Below are positions 53,901 through 63,792 of a stretch of 64,000 bases of DNA, piece by piece. A program made the position numbers and the translations under genes. This DNA comes from Auanema rhodensis (Eukaryota > Animalia > Nematoda). The stretch is taken from NCBI GenBank assembly GCA_964057225.1, contig OZ059900.1, positions 14,632,001 to 14,696,000 of the forward strand, in the 5' to 3' direction. The notes beneath the pieces are model-generated. The model worked only from the letters and a program-made list of their open reading frames with translations, was not told the DNA's origin and searched no databases. Position 1 is the first letter of the stretch. Each line of letters opens with the position of its first letter.

Positions 53901-56734
53901 CTATTTAATTTAAGTGTTCTATCTTAATAACGATGAAAAAAATTGATACGTCAGCGTTTATCAATCGTTAATTGTAACACCAAACTTCAATTAGCTCTTT
54001 GAGTAAAGTAGGCCATAAATCAAGATATGTTAGAGACAGTGTTTCATTTTTCTACTTTAATTCAAACTCACACTCTTAATGAAAGTTTCTAAGTGCAAAT
54101 TCAATCCTCGGTAGTATAGTGGTGAGTATCCGCGTCTGTCACATGCGAGACCCGGGTTCAATTCCCGGCCGGAGAGAATGTTTTTGTTCTGATTCATCGT
54201 TATTGAATGTTATGCTATTTTTGTTTTCTTCAAAAAGTCGGATAAAAACGATAATTATTAGAAAAAAGATTGTTTTAAACTTTCTGCTTTTTCAAAAGTG
54301 ATTTGAGCTTGTGATTTTTTTTAAATTTTCAAACATTTCTATTTAATTTAAGTGTTCTATCTTAATTACGATGAAAAAAATTGATACGTCAGCGTTAATC
54401 AATCGTTAATTGTAACACCAAACTTCAATTAGCTCTTTGAGTAAAGTAGGCCATAAATCAAGATATGTTAGAGACAGTGTTTCATTTTTCTACTTTAATT
54501 CAAACTCACACTCTTAATGAAAGTTTCTAAGTGCAAATTCAATCCTCGGTAGTATAGTGGTGAGTATCCGCGTCTGTCACATGCGAGACCCGGGTTCAAT
54601 TCCCGGCCGGGGAGAATGTTTTTGTTCTGATTCATCGTTATTGAATGTTATGCTATTTTTGTTTTCTTCAAAAAGTCGGATAAAAACGATAATTATTAGA
54701 AAAAAGATTGTTTTAAACTTTCTGCTTTTTCAAAAGTGATTTGAGCTTGTGATTTTTTTTAAATTTTCAAACATTTCTATTTAATTTAAGTGTTCTATCT
54801 TAATTACGATGAAAAAAATTGATACGTCAGCGTTTATCAATCGTTAATTGTAACACCAAACTTCAATTAGCTCTTTGAGTAAAGTAGGCCATAAATCAAG
54901 ATATGTTAGAGACAGTGTTTCATTTTTCTACTTTAATTCAAACTCACACTCTTAATGAAAGTTTCTAAGTGCAAATTCAATCCTCGGTAGTATAGTGGTG
55001 AGTATCCGCGTCTGTCACATGCGAGACCCGGGTTCAATTCCCGGCCGGAGAGAATGTTTTTGTTCTGATTCATCGTTATTGAATGTTATGCTATTTTTGT
55101 TTTCTTCAAAAAGTCGGATAAAAACGATAATTATTAGAAAAAAGATTGTTTTAAACTTTCTGCTTTTTCAAAAGTGATTTGAGCTTGTGATTTTTTTTAA
55201 ATTTTCAAACATTTCTATTTAATTTAAGTGTTCTATCTTAATTACGATGAAAAAAATTGATACGTCAGCGTTAATCAATCGTTAATTGTAACACCAAACT
55301 TCAATTAGCTCTTTGAGTAAAGTAGGCCATAAATCAAGATATGTTAGAGACAGTGTTTCATTTTTCTACTTTAATTCAAACTCACACTCTTAATGAAAGT
55401 TTCTAAGTGCAAATTCAATCCTCGGTAGTATAGTGGTGAGTATCCGCGTCTGTCACATGCGAGACCCGGGTTCAATTCCCGGCCGGGGAGAATGTTTTTG
55501 TTCTGATTCATCGTTATTGAATGTTATGCTATTTTTGTTTTCTTCAAAAAGTCGGATAAAAACGATAATTATTAGAAAAAAGATTGTTTTAAACTTTCTG
55601 CTTTTTCAAAAGTGATTTGAGCTTGTGATTTTTTTTAAATTTTCAAACATTTCTATTTAATTTAAGTGTTCTATCTTAATTACGATGAAAAAAATTGATA
55701 CGTCAGCGTTTATCAATCGTTAATTGTAACACCAAACTTCAATTAGCTCTTTGAGTAAAGTAGGCCATAAATCAAGATATGTTAGAGACAGTGTTTCATT
55801 TTTCTACTTTAATTCAAACTCACACTCTTAATGAAAGTTTCTAAGTGCAAATTCAATCCTCGGTAGTATAGTGGTGAGTATCCGCGTCTGTCACATGCGA
55901 GACCCGGGTTCAATTCCCGGCCGGGGAGAATGTTTTTGTTCTGATTCATCGTTATTGAATGTTATGCTATTTTTGTTTTCTTCAAAAAGTCGGATAAAAA
56001 CGATAATTATTAGAAAAAAGATTGTTTTAAACTTTCTGCTTTTTCAAAAGTGATTTGAGCTTGTGATTTTTTTTTAAATTTTCAAACATTTCTATTTAAT
56101 TTAAGTGTTCTATCTCAATTACGATGAAAAAAATTGATACGTCAGCGTTTATCAATCGTTAATTGTAACACCAAACTTCAATTAGCTCTTTGAGTAAAGT
56201 AGGCCATAAATCAAGATATGTTAGAGACAGTGTTTCATTTTTCTACTTTAATTCAAACTCACACTCTTAATGAAAGTTTCTAAGTGCAAATTCAATCCTC
56301 GGTAGTATAGTGGTGAGTATCCGCGTCTGTCACATGCGAGACCCGGGTTCAATTCCAGGCCGGGGAGAATGTTTTTGTTCTGATTCATCGTTATTGAATG
56401 TTATGCTATTTTTGTTTTCTTCAAAAAGTCGGATAAAAACGATAATTATTAGAAAAAAGATTGTTTTAAACTTTCTGCTTTTTCAAAAGTGGTTTGAGCT
56501 TGTGATTTTTTTTTAAATTTTCAAACATTTCTATTTAATTTAAGTGTTCTATCTTAATTACGATGAAAAAAATTGATACGTCAGCGTTTATCAATCGTTA
56601 ATTGTAACACCAAACTTCAATTAGCTCTTTGAGTAAAGTAGGCCATAAATCAAGATATGTTAGAGACAGTGTTTCATTTTTCTACTTTAATTCAAACTCA
56701 CACTCTTAATGTAAGTTTCTAAGTGCAAATTCAA

Positions 56735-56806
56735 TCCTCGGTAGTATAGTGGTGAGTATCCGCGTCTGTCACATGCGAGACCCGGGTTCAATTCCCGGCC
56801 GGGGAG
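56735..56806 (+). tRNA. tRNA-Asp(GTC), last + strand copy before the inversion
   Basis: Identical to the consensus cloverleaf. Confidence 0.96.
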
Positions 56807-57112
56807 AATGTTTTTGTTCTGATTCATCGTTATTGAATGTTATGCTATTTTTGTTTTTTTCCAAAAGTCGGATAAAAAAGATAATTATTAGAAAAAAGGT
56901 TGTTTTAAACTTTCTGTTTTTTCAAAAGTGATTTGAGCTTGTGTTTTTTTTCTAAATTTTTAAACATTTCCATTTAATTTAAATGTTCTATCTCAATTAC
57001 GATGAAAAAAAAACGGAACGTCAGCGTTAATCAATTGTTCATTTTAACACCAAACTTCAATTAGCTCTTTGAGTAAAGTAGGCCATAAATCAATATATGT
57101 TAGAGACAGTGT

Positions 57113-57136
57113 TGTCGCGATAAGCGAGTAGGTTTT
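57113..57136 (+). repeat. Left copy of a 24 bp non-array inverted repeat, TGTCGCGATAAGCGAGTAGGTTTT
   Basis: Exact reverse complement lies at 58126-58149. Confidence 0.95.
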
Positions 57137-57144
57137 ATTTTTGT

Positions 57145-57146
<2 letters not shown>

Positions 57147-57195
<49 letters not shown>

Positions 57196-57210
57196 ATCTC
57201 TCTTTATCTC
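57147..57210. repeat. (CT)n/(GA)n microsatellite with CTAT interruptions
   Basis: Pure TC alternation at 57153-57189 with degenerate flanks. Confidence 0.97.
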
Positions 57211-57231
57211 CTTCCTTTGTAACTAGATCAA

Positions 57232-57256
57232 AACACATATGCATAACATATGTGTT
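57232..57256. other. Perfect 10 bp hairpin
   Basis: AACACATATG-cataa-CATATGTGTT. Confidence 0.85.
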
Positions 57257-57373
57257 AACATGTGGCATAAGTAACAGTTTATTTCAGACGACCGCCCAAC
57301 AACGGAGGACAGTCTTACATTTTCTACGTTCGCAGTCAGTGATTTTATTCCGTGCTTGTCTTGTTAATTCATC

Positions 57374-57379
57374 AATAAA
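57374..57379 (+). promoter_or_regulatory. AATAAA polyadenylation signal within the putative LTR
   Basis: Lies ~70 bp before the LTR 3' end and is followed by T-rich sequence, a typical position. Confidence 0.5.
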
Positions 57380-57450
57380 CCCTTTTCTACATATTTACTT
57401 TGTGTTTTACTTCCAACCATACTATACACTTGTGGTATAACGCCACAAAT

Positions 57451-57462
57451 TGGTGCATCGGC
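57451..57462 (+). promoter_or_regulatory. Primer-binding site complementary to the 3' end of tRNA-Gly(GCC)
   Basis: TGGTGCATCGGC is the reverse complement of GCCGATGCA-CCA, the invertebrate-type tRNA-Gly(GCC) 3' end as I recall it. It lies 3 nt after a terminal CA. Confidence 0.75.
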
Positions 57463-57735
57463 TAGTTTAGATCTTAGCCGCTTTAAGTCCCGCGTGGCAG
57501 GTGAGATACAACTCGAACCAAGCGTGTTTGAGCAAAAAACATACTTAATAAAAATCGTGGCGATCATAAGTCCACGTCAAGTCACACCAAACAGACTTGA
57601 ACAATAAGCAAACTCTGAAATTAGAAACAGAGGTTTCAATTTCCTTACGTTCACATATACTGTGATCACCAAACAAACAAAGAAAAAAGAAAACAAAAAA
57701 GGAATATAAGCATTATTCCTACATCTACAACAAAA

Positions 57736-58218
57736 ATGTCACTCCTTTTTGTCAATCATATGAAACAATCTAACCAGTTTCTTGGAGAACTGCTTACACG
57801 ATACGAGATGGAAGTGAAGGACCTTCTTGGTATTCTGGTAGATTGCGACTTCCACACTGAGGAAGAAGAGGAAACCCTCTCTTGCCTTATCATTTGCTGG
57901 ACAAAAGTCCAACACCAATTCAAAGAATCGTTGAAAAATCATCAAGATAACGAGAAAAAATTCCAAAAATTTCACGAAGCATCAGACAAAACGCTTCGTA
58001 AAGCATTAGACAAACAGTACATCGCCTTCACATCCGATGAAGACTTTGAACCCAACATTAAAAAGGTTCAAAACGCCATTATTGAGCTTGACGAACACAT
58101 CATGAAAGCCGAACGCATACTTAACAAAACCTACTCGCTTATCGCGACAACACTGTCTCTAACATATATTGATTTATGGCCTACTTTACTCAAAGAGCTA
58201 ATTGGAGTTTGGTGTTAA
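57736..58218 (+). CDS. Truncated gag-like ORF (N-terminal helical/coiled-coil region, BEL/Pao-like). About 130 element-derived codons, then read-through into the inverted repeat and array spacer.
   Basis: This is the only ORF with protein-like composition (charged, amphipathic helices). It has a CAAAA-ATG context and lies ~270 bp downstream of the PBS. The tail from about KTYSLIAT to GVWC comes from inverted-repeat and array sequence. The family assignment rests on position and general pattern, not on a catalytic motif. Confidence 0.55.
   Translation: MSLLFVNHMKQSNQFLGELLTRYEMEVKDLLGILVDCDFHTEEEEETLSCLIICWTKVQHQFKESLKNHQDNEKKFQKFHEASDKTLRKALDKQYIAFTSDEDFEPNIKKVQNAIIELDEHIMKAERILNKTYSLIATTLSLTYIDLWPTLLKELIGVWC
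58126..58149 (-). repeat. Right copy of the 24 bp inverted repeat
   Basis: AAAACCTACTCGCTTATCGCGACA, directly followed by inverted array sequence ACACTGTCTCTAAC. Confidence 0.95.
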
Positions 58219-58455
58219 AATGAACAATTTATTAACGCTGACGTTCCGTTTTTTTTTCATCGTAATTGAGATAGAACATTTAAATTAAATGGAAATGTTT
58301 AAAAATTTAGAAAAAAAACACAAGCTCAAATCACTTTTGAAAAAACAGAAAGTTTAAAACAACCTTTTTTCTAATAATTATCTTTTTTATCCGACTTTTG
58401 GAAAAAAACAAAAATAGCATAACATTCAATAACGATGAATCCGAACAAAAACATT

Positions 58456-58527
58456 CTCCCCGGCCGGGAATTGAACCCGGGTCTCGCATGTGACAGACGC
58501 GGATACTCACCACTATACTACCGAGGA
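58456..58527 (-). tRNA. tRNA-Asp(GTC), first copy of the inverted arm
   Basis: Exact reverse complement of the consensus tRNA. Confidence 0.96.
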
Positions 58528-59331
58528 TTGAATTTGCACTTAGAAACTTTCATTAAGAGTGTGAGTTTGAATTAAAGTAGAAAAATGAAACACTGTCTCT
58601 AACATATCTTGATTTATGGCCTACTTTACTCAAAGAGCTAATTGAAGTTTGGTGTTACAATTAACGATTGATAAACGCTGACGTATCAATTTTTTTCATC
58701 GTAATTAAGATAGAACACTTAAATTAAATAGAAATGTTTGAAAATTTAAAAATAATCACAAGCTCAAATCACTTTTGAGAAAGCAGAAAGTTTAAAACAA
58801 TCTTTTTTCTAATAATTATCGTTTTTATCCGACTTTTTGAAGAAAACAAAAATAGCATAACATTCAATAACGATGAATCAGAACAAAAACATTCTCCCCG
58901 GCCGGGAATTGAACCCGGGTCTCGCATGTGACAGACGCGGATACTCACCACTATACTACCGAGGATTGAATTTGCACTTAGAAACTTTCATTAAGAGTGT
59001 GAGTTTGAATTAAAGTAGAAAAATGAAACACTGTCTCTAACATATCTTGATTTATGGCCTACTTTACCCAAAGAGCTAATTGAAGTTTGGTGTTACAATT
59101 AACGATTGATAAACGCTGACGTATCAATTTTTTTCATCGTAATTAAGATAGAACACTTAAATTAAATAGAAATGTTTGAAAATTTAAAAATAATCACAAG
59201 CTCAAATCACTTTTGAAAAAGCAGAAAGTTTAAAACAATCTTTTTTCTAATAATTATCGTTTTTATCCGACTTTTTGAAGAAAACAAAAATAGCATAACA
59301 TTCAATAACGATGAATCAGAACAAAAACATT

Positions 59332-59403
59332 CTCCCCGGCCGGGAATTAAACCCGGGTCTCGCATGTGACAGACGCGGATACTCACCACTATACTACCGA
59401 GGT
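59332..59403 (-). pseudogene. tRNA-Asp copy with T1A and C56T (same allele at 59771-59842 and 61087-61158)
   Basis: The + strand reads GGAATTAAACCC (B-box GGTTTAATT) and GAGGTTTG (first base A, which breaks the 1-72 pair). Confidence 0.65.
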
Positions 59404-62400
59404 TTGAATTTGCACTTAGAAACTTTCATTAAGAGTGTGAGTTTGAATTAAAGTAGAAAAATGAAACACTGTCTCTAACATATATTGATTTATGGCCTAC
59501 TTTACTCAAAGAGCTAATTGAAGTTTGGTGTTAAAATGAACAATTGATTAACGCTGACGTATCAATTTTTTTCATCGTAATTAAGATAGAACACTTAAAT
59601 TAAATAGAAATGTTTGAAAATTTAAAAAAAAATCACAAGCTCAAACCACTTTTGAAAAAGCAGAAAGTTTAAAACAATCTTTTTTCTAATAATTATCGTT
59701 TTTATCCGACTTTTTGAAGAAAACAAAAATAGCATAACATTCAATAACGATGAATCAGAACAAAAACATTCTCCCCGGCCGGGAATTAAACCCGGGTCTC
59801 GCATGTGACAGACGCGGATACTCACCACTATACTACCGAGGTTTGAATTTGCACTTAGAAACTTTCATTAAGAGTGTGAGTTTGAATTAAAGTAGAAAAA
59901 TGAAACACTGTCTCTAACATATATTGATTTATGGCCTACTTTACTCAAAGAGCTAATTGAAGTTTGGTGTTAAAATGAACAATTGATTAACGCTGACGTT
60001 CCGTTTTTTTTTCATCGTAATTGAGATAGAACATTTAAATTAAATGGAAATGTTTAAAAATTTAGTAAATATCACAAGCTTAAATCACTTTTGAAAAAAC
60101 AGAAAGTTTAAAACAACCTTTTTTCTAATAATTATCTTTTTTATCCGACTTTTGGAAAAAAACAAAAACAGCATAACATTCAATAACGATGAATCAGAAC
60201 AAAAACATTCTCCCCGGCCGGGAATTGAACCCGGGTCTTGCATGTGACAGACGCGGATACTCACCACTATACTACCGAGGATTGAATTTGCACCTAGAAA
60301 CTTTCATTAAGAGTGTGAGTTTGAATTAAAGTAGAAAAATGAAACACTGTCTCTAACATATCTTGATTTATGGCCTACTTTACTCAAAGAGCTAATTGAA
60401 GTTTGGTGTTACAATTAACGATTGATAAACGCTGACGTATCAATTTTTTTCATCGTAATTAAGATAGAACACTTAAATTAAATAGAAATGTTTGAAAATT
60501 TAAAAAAAAATCACAAGCTCAAACCACTTTTGAAAAAGCAGAAAGTTTAAAACAATCTTTTTTCTAATAATTATCGTTTTTATCCGACTTTTTGAAGAAA
60601 ACAAAAATAGCATAACATTCAATAACGATGAATCAGAACAAAAACATTCTCCCCGGCCGGGAATTGAACCCGGGTCTCGCATGTGACAGACGCGGATACT
60701 CACCACTATACTACCGAGGATTGAATTTGCACTTAGAAACTTTCATTAAGAGTGTGAGTTTGAATTAAAGTAGAAAAATGAAACACTGTCTCTAACATAT
60801 CTTGTTTTATGGCCTACTTTACACAAAGAGCTAATTGAAGTTTGGTGTTACAATTAACGATTGATAAACGCTGACGTATCAATTTTTTTCATCGTAATTA
60901 AGATAGAACACTTAAATTAAATAGAAATGTTTGAAAATTTAAAAAAAATCACAAGCTCAAATCACTTTTGAAAAAGCAGAAAGTTTAAAACAATCTTTTT
61001 TCTAATAATTATCGTTTTTATCCGACTTTTTGAAGAAAACAAAAATAGCATAACATTCAATAACGATGAATCAGAACAAAAACATTCTCCCCGGCCGGGA
61101 ATTAAACCCGGGTCTCGCATGTGACAGACGCGGATACTCACCACTATACTACCGAGGTTTGAATTTGCACTTAGAAACTTTCATTAAGAGTGTGAGTTTG
61201 AATTAAAGTAGAAAAATGAAACGCTGTCTCTAACATATATTGATTTATGGCCTACTTTACTCAAAGAGCTAATTGAAGTTTGGTGTTAAAATGAACAATT
61301 GATTAACGCTGACGTTCCGTTTTTTTTTCATCGTAATTGAGATAGAACATTTAAATTAAATGGAAATGTTTAAAAATTTAGAAAAAAAACACAAGCTTAA
61401 ATCACTTTTGAAAAAACAGAAAGTTTAAAACAACCTTTTTTCTAATAATTATCTTTTTTATCCGACTTTTGGAAAAAAACAAAAACAGCATAACATTCAA
61501 TAACGATGAATCAGAACAAAAACATTCTCCCCGGCCGGGAATTGAACCCGGGTCTCGCATGTGACAGACGCGGATACTCACCACTATACTACCGAGGATT
61601 GAATTTGCACCTAGAAACTTTCATTAAGAGTGTGAGTTTGAATTAAAGTAGAAAAATGAAACACTGTCTCTAACATATCTTGATTTATGGCCTACTTTAC
61701 TCAAAGAGCTAATTGAAGTTTGGTGTTACAATTAACGATTGATAAACGCTGACGTATCAATTTTTTTCATCGTAATTAAGATAGAACACTTAAATTAAAT
61801 AGAAATGTTTGAAAATTTAAAAAAAAATCACAAGCTCAAACCACTTTTGAAAAAGCAGAAAGTTTAAAACAATCTTTTTTCTAATAATTATCGTCTTTAT
61901 CCGACTTTTTGAAGAAAACAAAAATAGCATAACATTCAATAACGATGAATCAGAACAAAAACATTCTCCCCGGCCGGGAATTGAACCCGGGTCTCGCATG
62001 TGACAGACGCGGATACTCACCACTATACTACCGAGGATTGAATTTGCACTTAGAAACTTTCATTAAGAGTGTGAGTTTGAATTAAAGTAGAAAAATGAAA
62101 CACTGTCTCTAACATATCTTGATTTATGGCCTACTTTACCCAAAGAGCTAATTGAAGTTTGGTGTTACAATTAACGATTGATAAACGCTGACGTATCAAT
62201 TTTTTTCATCGTAATTAAGATAGAACACTTAAATTAAATAGAAATGTTTGAAAATTTAAAAATAATCACAAGCTCAAATCACTTTTGAAAAAGCAGAAAG
62301 TTTAAAACAATCTTTTTTCTAATAATTATCGTTTTTATCCGACTTTTTGAAGAAAACAAAAAAAGCATAACTTTCAATAACGATGAATCAGAACAAAAAC

Positions 62401-63720
62401 ATTCTCCCCGGCCGGGAATTGAACCCGGGTCTCGCATGTGACAGACGCGGATACTCACCACTATACTACCGAGGATTGAATTTGCACTTAGAAACTTTCA
62501 TTAAGAGTGTGAGTTTGAATTAAAGTAGGAAAATGAAACACTGTCTCTAACATATCTTGTTTTATGGCCTACTTTACACAAAGAGCTAATTGAAGTTTGG
62601 TGTTACAATTAACGATTGATAAACGCTGACGTATCAATTTTTTTCATCGTAATTAAGATAGAACACTTAAATTAAATAAAAATGTTTGAAAATTTAAAAA
62701 AAATCACAAGCTCAAATCACTTTTGAAAAAGCAGAAAGTTTAAAACAATCTTTTTTCTAATAATTATCGTTTTTATCCGACTTTTTGAAGAAAACAAAAA
62801 TAGCATAACATTCAATAACGATGAATCAGAACAAAAACATTCTCCCCGGCCGGGAATTGAACCCGGGTCTCGCATGTGACAGACGCGGATACTCACCACT
62901 ATACTACCGAGGATTGAATTTGCACTTAGAAACTTTCATTAAGAGTGTGAGTTTGAATTAAAGTAGAAAAATGAAACACTGTCTCTAACATATCTTGATT
63001 TATGGCCTACTTTACTCAAAGAGCTAATTGAAGTTTGGTGTTACAATTAACGATTGATTAACGCTGACGTTTCAATTTTTTTCATCGTAATTAAGATAGA
63101 ACACTTAAATTATATAGAAATGTTTGAAAATTTAAAAAAAAATAACAAGCTCAAATCACTTTTGAAAAAGCAGAAAGTTTAAAACAATCTTTTTTCTAGT
63201 AATTATCGTTTTTATCCGACTTTTTGAAGAAAACAAAAATAGCATAACATTCAATAACGATGAATCAGAACAAAAACATTCTCCCCGGCCGGGAATTGAA
63301 CCCGGGTCTCGCATGTGACAGACGCGGATACTCACCACTATACTACCGAGGATTGAATTTGCACTCAGAAACTTTCATTAAGAGTGTGAGTTTGAATTAA
63401 AGTAGAAAAATGAAACACTTTCTCTAACATATCTTGATTTATGGCCTACTTTACTCAAAGAGCTAATTGAAGTTTGGTGTTAAAATGAACAATTGATTAA
63501 CGCTGACGTTCCGTTTTTTTTTCATCGTAATTGAGATAGAACATTTAAATTAAATGGAAATGTTTAAAAATTTAGAAAAAAAACACAAGCTCAAACCACT
63601 TTTGAAAAAGCAGAAAGTTTAAAACAATCTTTTTTCTAATAATGATCGTCTTTATCCGATTTTTGGAAAAAAACAAAAATAGCATAACATTCAATAACGA
63701 TGAATCAGAACAAAAACATT

Positions 63721-63792
63721 CTCCCCGGCCGGGAATTGAACCCGGGTCTCGCATGTGACAGACGCGGATACTCACCACTATACTACCGAGGA
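63721..63792 (-). tRNA. tRNA-Asp(GTC), outermost - strand copy in the window
   Basis: Reverse complement of the consensus. Confidence 0.95.

Larger units (their letters stand above)
1..57112 (+). repeat. Tandem array of ~438-439 bp units, each with one tRNA-Asp(GTC) gene (130 copies by manual count); continues beyond the left edge
   Basis: The same unit recurs every 438/439 bp (ORF-track starts 304, 743, 1182 ... 56749). Length variants are 444-445 bp (ATTTT duplication) and 384 bp (54 bp deletion). Confidence 0.98.
57113..57447 (+). repeat. Putative 5' LTR (335 bp; an alternative start at 57261 gives 187 bp)
   Basis: Ends are TGTCGCG...CGCCACA (6/7 inverted match). The alternative start TGTGGC at 57261 pairs perfectly with terminal GCCACA. 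Contains AATAAA at 57374-57379 and an Inr-like TCAGT near 57336. The PBS lies just downstream. There is no second LTR to confirm the boundary. Confidence 0.6.
57113..58149 (+). mobile_element. 3'-truncated LTR retrotransposon (5' LTR, PBS, leader, start of gag), probably BEL/Pao superfamily, at the array inversion point
   Basis: Starts with TG exactly where array homology stops. It has CA at 57446-57447, then 3 nt, then a TGG PBS. A 5' leader and an ORF in good ATG context follow. No pol, 3' LTR or target-site duplication is present. Confidence 0.75.

Noticed and set aside
304-56931. More than 100 near-identical 60-75 aa ORFs (MVSIRVCHMRDPGSIPGRGE...), plus their - strand equivalents
   Set aside because: They start at a GTG in the tRNA D-loop, and PGSIPG is the usual translation of a T-arm. 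Frameshifts and stops occur freely among copies, so these are not proteins.
1-57112. CRISPR array
   Set aside because: The spacers are near-identical rather than unique, the unit is 438 bp, no cas genes are present, and the tRNA and terminator are eukaryotic.
57141-57440. 99 aa ORF (LSLSLS...)
   Set aside because: It is a translation of the CT microsatellite and LTR and has a non-ATG start.
57364-57975. Minus-strand ORFs 57364-57567 and 57739-57975
   Set aside because: Both are short with no motifs, and the second is the antisense shadow of the gag-like ORF.
57113-58149. DNA transposon or MITE with 24 bp TG...CA terminal inverted repeats
   Set aside because: The flanks are inverted copies of the same site rather than a direct TSD, and the symmetry continues into the array. 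There is no transposase motif, and the interior has an LTR-PBS-gag layout. This is disfavoured but not fully excluded.
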